DNA from: Chloroflexota bacterium
Lineage (GTDB): Bacteria > Chloroflexota > Dehalococcoidia > Lucifugimonadales > JADFKI01
Direction of reading: 5' to 3'
DNA length: 64,000 bases
NCBI GenBank assembly: GCA_027623195.1
Contig: JAQBUT010000001.1
Span: 96,001-160,000, forward strand
The notes under the pieces were generated by a model, which searched no databases, was not told where the DNA came from, and was given only the letters and a program-made list of their open reading frames with translations. Position 1 is the first letter of the stretch. Each line of letters begins with the position of its first letter. Positions 40,979-50,525 of the stretch are shown in pieces. The position numbers and the translations under genes are program-made.

Positions 40979-41959
40979 TTAAAGCGTTCGAATTTTGCCC
41001 AGTACTTCAGAGTTTACCACCCGTTGGGGGTCGCCGTTCATGAAGCCCCTAACGTTATCTAACGTATCGCCGTAGAACAGCTTGTACGTTTCCTCCGTTA
41101 CGTAGCCCATGTGGGGAGTAATCAGCGCGTTGTCGAGACCCAGCAGTGGATGGTCCGAAGGCATAGGCTCCACCTCGAACACGTCGACGCCGGCTCCGGC
41201 AATGACTTTGCGCTTTAGAGCGTCGATGAGCGCAGCCTCGTCCACAATAGGCCCTCTAGAGGTGTTGACCAGGTAAGCCGTCGGTTTCATCCGAGCCAGG
41301 TCTTCCGCCTGCACCAGCCCCCTTGTCCTATCGCTGAGTTGCAGGTGTATGCTGACGACATCCGCTCGAGAGAACAGCTCTTCCTTGCTGACCAGCGTAG
41401 CGCCACATTCTTGCGCCCGCTCACCGGTCAGGTTCTGGCTCCAGGCGATTATATTCATGTGGAAAGCTCGTGCCACCTCCGCCGCCTGTCCGCCGATCCG
41501 GCCTAGTCCCAACAGGCCCAGCGTTCGTCCTTCCAGACCTTCGCCCAGGGTCTGCTGCCAAACGCCAGCTTTGGTAGCGGCGTACTCCTGCGGAATCTTG
41601 CGTAACAGGCCGAGTATTAAGCCCCAGGTAAGCTCCATAGTAGCTCGGGGAGACCCGCCCGTGCCGCAAACGGCGATGCCCAGGTCCGTGGCTGCCTGCA
41701 TATCAATCGAGGCGTTGCGAGCCCCAGCTGTGCCAAGCATCTTCAGGTTAGGCAGGCGCTCAAGAAGTGTTTTAGGGAAGGGCGTGCGCTCCCTGAGTGC
41801 CATGACGAAGTCAAAGTCCTTCAGCCTTTCGGCCACTGCGCTCTCGTCGAACAGGTGGTCATGGAAGGCCTCGACAGTGCAGCCATCTGGCAATGTGGAC
41901 CAGTCGGCCGACTCCATGGCAACGCTCTGGTAATCGTCTAGCAGTGCTAGTTTTGACAT
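40979..41959 (-). CDS. D-2-hydroxyacid dehydrogenase family protein
   Basis: RERTPF, GLGRIG, NTSRGPIVDE, DVFEVEP, TPHMGY. Confidence 0.92.
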   Translation of the reverse strand: MSKLALLDDYQSVAMESADWSTLPDGCTVEAFHDHLFDESAVAERLKDFDFVMALRERTPFPKTLLERLPNLKMLGTAGARNASIDMQAATDLGIAVCGTGGSPRATMELTWGLILGLLRKIPQEYAATKAGVWQQTLGEGLEGRTLGLLGLGRIGGQAAEVARAFHMNIIAWSQNLTGERAQECGATLVSKEELFSRADVVSIHLQLSDRTRGLVQAEDLARMKPTAYLVNTSRGPIVDEAALIDALKRKVIAGAGVDVFEVEPMPSDHPLLGLDNALITPHMGYVTEETYKLFYGDTLDNVRGFMNGDPQRVVNSEVLGKIRTL

Positions 41960-42095
41960 GTCGCCTCCGATTAAATCATTTCAAAATTGGTCGGATAGTT
42001 CGCGAAAATACAGATTGCAATCTGGGGCTATCGGGCGGGTTTCGCCCAGGGAGCAAACATAATCAGTAATTACAGTCGTACTTTGCTGCCTTCGG

Positions 42096-42776
42096 CTATA
42101 CCGCCGGTGGGAGAACCTCATGAATCCACGGCACCAGGTCGTCCAGAACGTCCTGGGATATCTCGTGACCCATGCCGTACTCCTTGTATACCGACGTGTA
42201 CCCCTCTGACTCCAGGAAGCTATGCGATGATCGAGCATCCGTAATGCCTATCATGTGATCCGAGGTGCCGTGAGCAACGAACACCGCCTGCGATCTGTCT
42301 TCGGGTAGCATCTCACGCAGCAGGTCCATGTCTGGAGCGAGGCCGCTCAAAATGACCAGTCCTTTAAAAAGATCGGGGCTGGTCAGGCCGTAGCGGTAGG
42401 TCATCATTCCGCCTTGGGAGAACCCTCCCAGCACAATCCTGCCGGCCTCTGTCTTGTACGCCCTTGTTACCTCTTCCACCAGCACCGAAAGTTTTTCCAC
42501 CGACAACTCTATGTCCTCGGCTTCCCGTTCATCTCGGGGAGGTGTCCACGCATACCCATTCATGCCGTTGCCTATCTCAACGGTTATGGGCGCATTCGGG
42601 CAGATGTAGATGTACCCTTCCGAGTTTATAGCAGGACACAGGCCTGCCAGATCTCGCATGCTGGCCCCGTAGCCATGCAGGAGAATTATCATGGGGTATC
42701 TCAAAGTGGCGTCATAGCCATCTGGCTCTATGGCCAGATATTGGAGCGTTTTTCCTTCAAATTGTTTGGCTTCCAA
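42096..42776 (-). CDS. Phospholipase/carboxylesterase (alpha/beta hydrolase)
   Basis: LHGYG, GFSQGG, HGTSD, MGHEI. Confidence 0.9.
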   Translation of the reverse strand: MEAKQFEGKTLQYLAIEPDGYDATLRYPMIILLHGYGASMRDLAGLCPAINSEGYIYICPNAPITVEIGNGMNGYAWTPPRDEREAEDIELSVEKLSVLVEEVTRAYKTEAGRIVLGGFSQGGMMTYRYGLTSPDLFKGLVILSGLAPDMDLLREMLPEDRSQAVFVAHGTSDHMIGITDARSSHSFLESEGYTSVYKEYGMGHEISQDVLDDLVPWIHEVLPPAV

Positions 42777-42833
42777 GTTCGGATTATCTCCCTAACTCTC
42801 GTCGTCTCTTAATCGTATACGTTTATGATTTAA

Positions 42834-43451
42834 TTAGCCCTGGCCCGGATCATAGTTGGGCCGAGTCAACTCATAGGTGTCCGAGGTGCTGCAATACATG
42901 TTACCTGCCAGCCTACCGACGGCTTTGAGCTTCTGCTGATCGATGCGGTGGCCGTTGATAATATCATCTCGAATGTGGAGCAGGACTACCTCCGCTATTA
43001 CCAACCCATGAGAGTTGTCTCCATCGCCGATTTCCACGACCTGGTTGAGCCTGCATTCCATGCTTACGGGGGACTCCGCGACACGAGGCGACTTCACCGT
43101 ATCAGAGGGTAGGGCGGTTAACCCGGCGATCTCGAACTCGTCAACGTCTGCGGGATACTCAGCCGCGGTGCTATTCATGGCTTCGGCCAGGTCGTCGGAA
43201 ACGATGTTGACGACGAATTCGCCAGTAGCCTCGATGTTGGCCAACGTGTCCTTTTCCTTCCAACCCGCATGCCTAGCCGCGCTAAAAACGATAGTGGGAG
43301 GGGCGTAAGAAACTGCGTTGAAAAAGGAGAACGGCGCGAGGTTAACTATTCCATCTGCCGAGATGCTTGAGACAAAGGCGATGGGCCTGGGCACGATCAC
43401 GCCGGTGAGTACCCGATTAAAGTTTTCAAAGGTGTTGGGATTTATCTTCAA
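42834..43451 (-). CDS. Flavin reductase-like family protein (FMN-binding split barrel)
   Basis: PRPIAFVSS, NLAPFSFF, KDTLANI..TGEFVVN, GRLAG. Start trimmed to TTG 43451 after GGAG. Confidence 0.88.
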   Translation of the reverse strand: MKINPNTFENFNRVLTGVIVPRPIAFVSSISADGIVNLAPFSFFNAVSYAPPTIVFSAARHAGWKEKDTLANIEATGEFVVNIVSDDLAEAMNSTAAEYPADVDEFEIAGLTALPSDTVKSPRVAESPVSMECRLNQVVEIGDGDNSHGLVIAEVVLLHIRDDIINGHRIDQQKLKAVGRLAGNMYCSTSDTYELTRPNYDPGQG

Positions 43452-43659
43452 ATGGTCGCTCCAAGTGCCCAGGTTTAGACCTACGAGTGAACAGGCACAA
43501 GGGTAATACTGCGCGTCATTATTGGCAAGTACGTGGCTTGAACTGCGGCACACCTTCATTTAGAATCGATTCGTTCATGTATCATTAAGGTACATTTTTC
43601 ACCACGGGCGAGACCTCGAAGGCGAGTTGCCCGAATGCCAAATCTCAAATGAGGTAACG

Positions 43660-44448
43660 ATGAGCAAATTCGTCGAAATGCTGGAAAAAACCCGGGATAT
43701 GACTCCCGAGCCGATGGGCTTTGGCGCAGCAAGACACTCCAAGAGAAATCCGTCGATTGTGCTGATAGGACAGGCCAGCGCCGATGACCTGGAAAAGAAC
43801 GCCAAGTTGGCAGATGCGCAAGCAGACGCCATATTGCTGACGGTGGCTACATCCAATGAAAAAGCTTTGGAAAACGCCAGCACTGTGCTGAAGGACAAGC
43901 TGTGGGGGGTACGCGTCGGGTCGGTGACCGAGCAGCAGGCGGCCAGCCTGAAGGAAAAAGGTTGCGACTTCATAGTTTTCGATCCGGAAAACACGGAAGC
44001 TGCGGTGTTAAACGACGAGGTCCTGGGCAAAATAATCGCTGTCAACTCCGAAATAGATGAGGACACGGGCCAGGCACTGCACCTCCTGTCCATTGACTGC
44101 GCCATGTTTACCTCGGACGAAAGCCTGACGCCTCTGACTGTCCAAAGGCTTTTGGACATTGAGATTGTGAGGGGCATCGTAGGCAAAATGTTCATCATGT
44201 CGGCGCCTGCTGACCTTGGCAAGTCGGAGCTGGAGGCGTTGCGCAACGGCGGCGTCGCAGGGCTGGTGGTGAATTTATCCGCTGCGGAAGACATCGCCAA
44301 TACCAAGAAAACAATCGACTCGCTGCCACGCAGACCGGATCGTGGACGTGGCGGTCTTATGGCACAGGCGCCTACCGCTGGATTCGGGGCCTTTGCGTCG
44401 GCCAACGCGCCCGATGAAGAAGAGGACGATGAAGACGACGAGGAGTAA
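43660..44448 (+). CDS. Hypothetical protein (alternating alpha/beta pattern, possibly TIM-barrel; acidic tail)
   Basis: ATG 43660 after GAGG; followed by a terminator. Fold is inference only. Confidence 0.7.
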   Translation: MSKFVEMLEKTRDMTPEPMGFGAARHSKRNPSIVLIGQASADDLEKNAKLADAQADAILLTVATSNEKALENASTVLKDKLWGVRVGSVTEQQAASLKEKGCDFIVFDPENTEAAVLNDEVLGKIIAVNSEIDEDTGQALHLLSIDCAMFTSDESLTPLTVQRLLDIEIVRGIVGKMFIMSAPADLGKSELEALRNGGVAGLVVNLSAAEDIANTKKTIDSLPRRPDRGRGGLMAQAPTAGFGAFASANAPDEEEDDEDDEE

Positions 44449-44479
44449 CCTCAGGACTACGTTAGCTGGCTAAAACAGG

Positions 44480-44518
44480 ATCGGCGGTGCCCAATTTAGA
44501 CACCGCCGATTTTATTTT
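44480..44518 (+). terminator. Rho-independent terminator between convergent genes
   Basis: atcggcggtg...caccgccgat followed by tttatttt. Confidence 0.7.
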
Positions 44519-44549
44519 ACGAATATGCCTTCGCGTCCGTTGAGCATCG

Positions 44550-45281
44550 TTAGCGCCCCACTGTCAGTCGTTCAATGAGACGGTCCGGTAGTTTATGCAG
44601 GCGCATTTTTTCTTGAGTGGCGGGAATGTCGTAGGCCACTCGATGATGCACGATTGTGGACATTTCAGAATCGTATATTGCGTAGCTGGCATTTGGGTTG
44701 CCATCCCTTGGCTGGCCAACAGACCCAGGGTTAATAATCATCCTGTCCTTGGTCAGAGCGATTGCGGCGTCCAACGGGAAGTCCACAAATGAGGCGCCAC
44801 CCTCTGTGGGGCGGCAAAGGAACGGTATGTGGGAATGTCCCAAAAGGCACCAGTAAGAATCAAAGTGCATGAAGCTGGCCACCGCAGCCTGTTCTGAGAT
44901 TACATACTCCCATACTGGATCGCGAGGGCTGCCGTGCACCAGCGTGAACTCATCTAGCTCGAGCCTCAGCGCTTGTCCCTCAATGAACGATACGTCAGCA
45001 GTGGACAACTGGTCCGTTGTCCAAAGATTTGCTGCAGCCGCGACCGGGTTGAAAGCGCCCAACTCCAACTTGCCAATGGCCGCAAGATCGTGATTGCCTG
45101 CCACGGCCTGGTGAGGTCTGCTCCTCAAGAGGTCAATAACCGCAGCCGGGTCGGGGCCGTAGCCTACAAGATCACCCAGCGACCATATTTCGTCGACGTT
45201 GCCACGGGCCTCCGCGTCGGCAATAACGCTTTGAAAGGCTTCCAGATTGCTGTGCACGTCGGAAACGATCAGGGCCCGCAA
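44550..45281 (-). CDS. Metallophosphoesterase (calcineurin-like)
   Basis: SDVHSN, LGDLVGYG, GNHD, VHGSP, GHSH, NPGSVGQPRDG. Start trimmed to TTG 45281. Confidence 0.9.
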   Translation of the reverse strand: MRALIVSDVHSNLEAFQSVIADAEARGNVDEIWSLGDLVGYGPDPAAVIDLLRSRPHQAVAGNHDLAAIGKLELGAFNPVAAAANLWTTDQLSTADVSFIEGQALRLELDEFTLVHGSPRDPVWEYVISEQAAVASFMHFDSYWCLLGHSHIPFLCRPTEGGASFVDFPLDAAIALTKDRMIINPGSVGQPRDGNPNASYAIYDSEMSTIVHHRVAYDIPATQEKMRLHKLPDRLIERLTVGR

Positions 45282-45442
45282 ATTCCACCGCCGGTATGTT
45301 GTTATGGGGTTGAAATGGTGGCGTCGTACCCAGACGCCCGTTATACTTGGGGTGCTCGCGAGGCAGGGCCACCAATGCGACCGATATGATACAACGATGT
45401 GCCATTTTTTAATATGCGAACCCGTAATTTTGAGCCGGTGAG

Positions 45443-45925
45443 TTGGAGAGTCACGACAAGAGCAATAGCATAGACGTGAACTCCGATGGCCCCGAAGATA
45501 CACAGGCCATCGGTCGTGTTTTAGGGGAGTCGGCAGAGCCAGGCGACGTATTTTTGCTGGTTGGCGACCTAGGGGCGGGCAAGACCTGCCTGACGCAGGG
45601 CATACTGTTCGGACTTGGCTCAGACGAGTTCGCGCGGAGCCCCACCTTCGTCCTCGTATCACAGTACTCCGGTCGCCTTACCATGTACCACATGGACCTG
45701 TACCGGCTGAACAGCTTCTCTGAGGTGCTGGACCTGGGATTGGACGAGTATCTGTTCGGCGATGGCGTGAGCGTGGTCGAATGGGCTGACAAGGCAGCGG
45801 GGGCCTTCCCGGAAAGCCACATGCTGGTTGAAATAGAATATACGGGCGAAGAGAGCAGACGCCTGAGACTTACCGCCCATGGAGACCGCTACCTGCAAAT
45901 ACTATCGGCCATAAATGCGCGCTAA
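45443..45925 (+). CDS. tsaE: tRNA threonylcarbamoyladenosine biosynthesis ATPase TsaE
   Basis: GDLGAGKT, SPTF, HMDLYRL, VEWA. Confidence 0.95.
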   Translation: MESHDKSNSIDVNSDGPEDTQAIGRVLGESAEPGDVFLLVGDLGAGKTCLTQGILFGLGSDEFARSPTFVLVSQYSGRLTMYHMDLYRLNSFSEVLDLGLDEYLFGDGVSVVEWADKAAGAFPESHMLVEIEYTGEESRRLRLTAHGDRYLQILSAINAR

Positions 45926-46015
45926 TATTTGAAAAAGTAGTTCAAGCAAACGAGGGCTTTACGTTCAGGTCCTGCGAAGAACGCACTAGCCTGACAAGTC
46001 CACCATCTAAAACAT

Positions 46016-46699
46016 ATGGAACTTTCAATTGACACATCGACACGGTACGCATCGGTCGCCATCTCCCGACAGGGAGGGACGGTTGCCGAGCTAACGTGGC
46101 GCTCGGAGCGAAACCACTCGGTTGAGCTTGTGCCTGCAATCCGCGAGCTGCTGGCACGCACGGGCGTGGAAACGAAGAGCCTGGAGGCCATGTTCGTCGC
46201 CAGAGGCCCCGGCGGGTTCAGCGCGCTCCGGGTCGGTATGAGTACGGCAAAGGCCATGGCAGTCTCCCTGGGCATACCGCTGGTAGCCGTTGGAACGCTG
46301 GACTTGGAAGTGGCTCCCTACCTGGGTCTGGGATATCCTGTCTGCGGCGTCATTGAGGCAGGGCGGACACGGGTATACGTTGGTGAGTACATGGGAGGAA
46401 ATGATCCCGTCTACAACGTGGTAAACACTGAAGAGTTCTTGCCGAAAGCCAAGGCGGGTTTCCTATATTGCGGTGAGGCTATACACGAGCTTGACCCGGA
46501 ACTGAGGAAACGTCTGGGGAGCGGCTTTCTCGTGGCAGACGTTCCTCCGCCCACCCGGCGGGCAGGGGCGATGGCTACATTGGGCTATCGTAAGTTGCAG
46601 GCTGGCGAAGTGGAGGACGCTCTCTCGGCAGAGCCATTTTACCTTCGAAGCTCGCAGGTGGACATGGCGAAAAGCAACCAGTCAAAAACAAACAAATAG
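46016..46699 (+). CDS. tsaB: tRNA threonylcarbamoyladenosine biosynthesis protein TsaB
   Basis: LSIDTST, HSVEL, GPGGFSALRVG, EPFYLR. Confidence 0.92.
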   Translation: MELSIDTSTRYASVAISRQGGTVAELTWRSERNHSVELVPAIRELLARTGVETKSLEAMFVARGPGGFSALRVGMSTAKAMAVSLGIPLVAVGTLDLEVAPYLGLGYPVCGVIEAGRTRVYVGEYMGGNDPVYNVVNTEEFLPKAKAGFLYCGEAIHELDPELRKRLGSGFLVADVPPPTRRAGAMATLGYRKLQAGEVEDALSAEPFYLRSSQVDMAKSNQSKTNK

Positions 46700-46735
46700 A
46701 AAACTTATCTAAATAATTCAAGGAGTAATTTCGGA

Positions 46736-47188
46736 ATGGAACGAACTCTGGTGCTACTTAAGCCCGACTCGATTCAACGCGGCCTGGCCGGAGAGGTAAT
46801 TTCGAGGCTAGAGCGACGCGGCCTAAAATTTGTGGCGATGAAGTTGATGAAAGTTTCAGATGAGCTGGCGAATCGTCATTACGGGGAGCACGCCGGCAAG
46901 CCATTTTTCGACGGCCTGGTGAAGTTCATTACGTCCTCGCCAATCGTGGCCATGGTGGTGGAAGGCGAGAGCGCCGTCGAGGTTGTGCGGAACACTATGG
47001 GTACTACCAATCCCATTCAGGCAGGACCTGGCACCATTCGGGGAGACCTTGGACTGACTATTGGTATGAACCTCATCCATGGGTCAGATTCACCCGAGTC
47101 GGCCAAAAAGGAGATCGACACTTTCTTTAAGCCGGAGGAGATTGTCGATTACACCAGGAACATCGATGCCTGGATTATTGAAGCCTGA
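46736..47188 (+). CDS. ndk: Nucleoside-diphosphate kinase
   Basis: [25 protein letters not shown]. Confidence 0.97.
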   Translation: MERTLVLLKPDSIQRGLAGEVISRLERRGLKFVAMKLMKVSDELANRHYGEHAGKPFFDGLVKFITSSPIVAMVVEGESAVEVVRNTMGTTNPIQAGPGTIRGDLGLTIGMNLIHGSDSPESAKKEIDTFFKPEEIVDYTRNIDAWIIEA

Positions 47189-47537
47189 CTATCTCGGTCG
47201 CGTCATGCCAGACCGACTCCAGGTCGTAGAACTCTCGCATCTCCGGGCCGAAGATATGAACAATTACATCGCCGAAGTCCAGGAGCATCCATCCGGACTG
47301 GGGTGTGCCCTCCCGGTGATGCTTAAACGAGCCTCTGCGTTCAAGCTCGTGCTCCAGATCCTCGGCCAGGCTGTTTAGCTGCCGGGTTGAGTCCGTGCTT
47401 ATTATGACGAAGTAGTCGCAAAAATCGCTTACTTCATGAATATCCAGCAACAGAACGTCCGAGGCCAGCTTGTCGGAAGCGTATTCTACGGCTATGTGGG
47501 CATAGTCCAAGGATTGCAGCACTGTTTTTTCTACCAT
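47175..47537 (-). CDS. rsfS: Ribosome silencing factor RsfS (Iojap)
   Basis: [25 protein letters not shown]...REFYDLE. Confidence 0.95.
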   Translation of the reverse strand: MVEKTVLQSLDYAHIAVEYASDKLASDVLLLDIHEVSDFCDYFVIISTDSTRQLNSLAEDLEHELERRGSFKHHREGTPQSGWMLLDFGDVIVHIFGPEMREFYDLESVWHDATEIVRLQ

Positions 47538-47686
47538 AGACGTATTATAGGTATCATCCGGAATCAGGTCAACGAATCTCGAACCTGCAAGCCGTTATAA
47601 TGAGTATTGTCAGCTTTTAATGCCGCCCGATGACTGGACAAAGAACTCCATTGAGCAGCCAAGAAGTGATGTGTTAGGCTTTTTAT

Positions 47687-48808
47687 ATGAGTAAAGGTAG
47701 GGTTGTTGTAGCTATGAGCGGAGGGGTAGATTCCTCCGTGGCAGCTGCGTTGCTAAAGGATGAAGGATACGAGGTCATCGGCGTTACGATGCGCCTGTGG
47801 TCGGAAGAGGACAGCAACGCCGCTCCGCTTAGCAAACGCTGTTGTTCTGTGGAAGACGTTAACGACGCCCGACGCGTTTGCGACGCGATTGGTGCAAGGC
47901 ATTACTTCTTCAACTTTGAGCGCGAGTTCCAGAAGCATGTGGTCGACTACTTCGTGCGAGAGTACGAACGTGGTCGCACGCCTCACCCTTGCCTGGCCTG
48001 CAACGACAAGATGAAGTTCGACTTCCTGTTGCGCCGTGCAACCCTCATGGACGCCGACTACATCGCCACGGGCCATTACGCACGCATTCGGCACGACGCG
48101 AATGGCTACGGCCTGTTGAAGGGTGTGGACGCCGGTAAGGACCAGTCGTACGTCCTATTTACGCTGACCCAGGCGGAGTTGGGACGATTGCTGCTTCCAG
48201 TCGGGGACTACCCAAAACAGCGCATACGAGAGTTGGCTTCTGAGGCCGGATTGGCCGTTGCCGACAAGCCGGATAGCCAGGAGATATGCTTTATTCCCGA
48301 CGGCGACTATCGCAAGTTTGTGGGAGAGCGGGCCAAGCCCAAGCCGGGTGACCTGGTGGACCGGACCGGCAATGTTTTGGGAACTCATGCAGGCATCCAG
48401 TTCTTCACGGTTGGACAACGACGGGGATTGGGCCTCAAAGGCAATACGGGTGAGCCCCTGTTCGTTACCAGCATAAATGCTAACAACAACCAGGTGACTC
48501 TAGGCGCTCATGAAGACCTCATGCGCAGGGATCTCTGGGCATCCAGAGTTAACTTCCCTGGCGGAACGGCACCTGACGGCCCAACAGAGGTCACGGCGAA
48601 GATACGTTATCGCGCCAATGACGCTCCGGCCACGATGAACCCCATGATCTGCGATGGCGAGGACTGGGCCGAGATCACCTTCCACGAGCCACAGAGAGCA
48701 GTCACGCCAGGCCAGGCGGTCGTCTTCTACCAGGGGGATCAGGTTTTGGGCGGCGGCATTATCGAGACTCAGGCGCCAATGCCAGCTACAACACTTTCGG
48801 AGGCTTAA
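47687..48808 (+). CDS. mnmA: tRNA 2-thiouridine synthase MnmA
   Basis: AMSGGVDSS, TPHPCLACN, ATGHY, KDQSY, DSQEICF, TVGQRRGLG, TPGQ. Confidence 0.97.
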   Translation: MSKGRVVVAMSGGVDSSVAAALLKDEGYEVIGVTMRLWSEEDSNAAPLSKRCCSVEDVNDARRVCDAIGARHYFFNFEREFQKHVVDYFVREYERGRTPHPCLACNDKMKFDFLLRRATLMDADYIATGHYARIRHDANGYGLLKGVDAGKDQSYVLFTLTQAELGRLLLPVGDYPKQRIRELASEAGLAVADKPDSQEICFIPDGDYRKFVGERAKPKPGDLVDRTGNVLGTHAGIQFFTVGQRRGLGLKGNTGEPLFVTSINANNNQVTLGAHEDLMRRDLWASRVNFPGGTAPDGPTEVTAKIRYRANDAPATMNPMICDGEDWAEITFHEPQRAVTPGQAVVFYQGDQVLGGGIIETQAPMPATTLSEA

Positions 48809-48810
48809 TC

Positions 48811-49323
48811 ATGGATTTTCGTAACGTCGTGGAGCTGGCCCTGGACGAGTACATGCAGGACCTCCTAAAGGCATTGGACGGGCTGACTTCAGATGAGCGC
48901 CGGTACCAACCCGGCCCAGAGTCTAATCACATCGATTACACCGTATGGCACATGGCGCGGGTTGAAGATGGATGGATGAACCGAGGCATACGACGCGGCC
49001 CCCAAGTGTGGGACCGCGATGGGTGGGCCGCAAAGCTGGGACTGCCGGAGAGTGACAGCGGCTTCGGTTACACCGCAGAGCAGGTAACAGCCTTCCCTGC
49101 TTTCGACCTGGACGAGCTCATGAACTATTACAGGGCAGTTCGTGCAGATGCGTTGGAGCTAATTCAAAGCTTTTCGGACGAAGACCTGGAGAGGGCTCCC
49201 AATCCGGAACGCAACCCCGAAAACACAATTGCGAAAATTCTGAGCCACGTGCTTATTGAAGAGGCCGAGCATGTGGGGCAGGTAGCCTACATAAGAGGGT
49301 TACAACGCGGTCTGAGCAAATGA
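48811..49323 (+). CDS. DinB/YfiT-family protein
   Basis: WHMARVED...HVLIEEAEHVGQVAYIRG four-helix-bundle pattern. Confidence 0.85.
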   Translation: MDFRNVVELALDEYMQDLLKALDGLTSDERRYQPGPESNHIDYTVWHMARVEDGWMNRGIRRGPQVWDRDGWAAKLGLPESDSGFGYTAEQVTAFPAFDLDELMNYYRAVRADALELIQSFSDEDLERAPNPERNPENTIAKILSHVLIEEAEHVGQVAYIRGLQRGLSK

Positions 49324-49330
49324 TAGTATG

Positions 49331-49360
49331 AGGGCGGTTTCAACAGCCGCCCTTCTTTTT
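49331..49360 (+). terminator. Rho-independent terminator
   Basis: agggcggtt...agccgccct followed by tcttttt. Confidence 0.7.
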
Positions 49361-49395
49361 GCCCCAGGTATCGCAGGAGGCCCTCCAAAGCTCTC

Positions 49396-50070
49396 ATGGT
49401 AAGAAGATCCCCAATACCCCTGAAGAAGAACAGCCCCACTTACAAAGAAGAGGCTTCACTTCTGGGCCAAGGCTACTCGCTCATTGCCGGGTTAGATGAG
49501 GTCGGAAGGGGTCCGCTGGCAGGACCAGTCGTGGCAGGGGTGGCCATCCTGGCCCCCAATCCCAGAGGCAAATGGCTTGGGCTAATCCGCGACAGCAAGC
49601 AACTCTCCGCCGCACAGCGCGAGGTCGCTCTGGACCATCTACGCGAACATGCCCTGGCACTGGAAGTCGGCGTTTGCAGTTCCACAGAGGTCGACAGCAT
49701 CGGTATCGCCCCAGCAACAAGATTGGCCATGTCCCGCGCGCTGGATGCTTTGCATCTGAATCCACAGTTTCTACTGCTGGATGCCTTTCCGCTGCCTGAG
49801 GTTGCCTTGCCGCAGAAGGCTATCGTTGGCGGCGATTCGCTTTGCTACTCCATCGCGGCCGCATCCATCGTTGCCAAAGTAACCCGTGACCGCATGATGA
49901 CGCAGGCTGACGAGGTATACCCCGGCTATGGTTTCGCCAGGCACAAGGGCTACGGGACCAGGGCACACTTCGATAGTTTGAAAAGTCTAGGCCCATGCAA
50001 GATTCACCGCTTCTCCTTCGCGCCCATCAAATACATGAAGGGCAAGACGATGGCAGGAGCAGCGACGTGA
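49396..50070 (+). CDS. rnhB: Ribonuclease HII
   Basis: GLDEVGRGPLAGPV, DSKQL, SIAAASIVAKVTRD, HKGYGT, HRFSF. Confidence 0.96.
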   Translation: MVRRSPIPLKKNSPTYKEEASLLGQGYSLIAGLDEVGRGPLAGPVVAGVAILAPNPRGKWLGLIRDSKQLSAAQREVALDHLREHALALEVGVCSSTEVDSIGIAPATRLAMSRALDALHLNPQFLLLDAFPLPEVALPQKAIVGGDSLCYSIAAASIVAKVTRDRMMTQADEVYPGYGFARHKGYGTRAHFDSLKSLGPCKIHRFSFAPIKYMKGKTMAGAAT

Positions 50071-50432
50071 ATGCGCGCCAAAGGACGGGACGACTAGGAG
50101 AGGAGTTGGCGCGGCGACACCTGGAATCGCTTGGGTTCCACATCCTGGCTACCAACCAACGTTGTCCCTCCGGCGAGATCGACATCATCACCGAGCAAGG
50201 CCAGACTTTGGCCTTCGTAGAGGTCCGCACCCGTCGTGGCAACTCCCAGGGAAGCCCTGAGGAGTCCATAACCCCTCGTAAGCAGGCCCACATGGTCGCC
50301 ACAGCCCAGGAATACCTGCAGGCCAACGCTATGGAGGACCGCCAGTGGCGCATCGACGTGGTGGCAGTGGAGCTTGACCACAGGGACGGCCTCGTGCGAC
50401 TGGACGTCATCGAAAACGCCGTAGAGATGTGA
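50067..50432 (+). CDS. yraN: YraN-family protein (UPF0102)
   Basis: GRLGEELA, GEIDII, FVEVRTR, WRIDVVAV. Start moved to GTG 50067 (GTGA overlap with rnhB). Confidence 0.92.
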   Translation: MNARQRTGRLGEELARRHLESLGFHILATNQRCPSGEIDIITEQGQTLAFVEVRTRRGNSQGSPEESITPRKQAHMVATAQEYLQANAMEDRQWRIDVVAVELDHRDGLVRLDVIENAVEM

Positions 50433-50525
50433 CCACGCCCGGATAATTGATAGTGGTCACGCCCGCAGCCGCTCCGTGATAAAATCTACCCTCGAATCAT
50501 GTGTTAAGTAGGTGCTCTTCGTACC

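Noticed and set aside
43599..44405. 268-aa antisense ORF (also 21574-22308, 37304-37963, 56853-57632, 7486-8184 and similar)
   Set aside because: Shadow ORFs opposite well-supported genes, expected from GC-rich codon bias, with no recognisable motifs.
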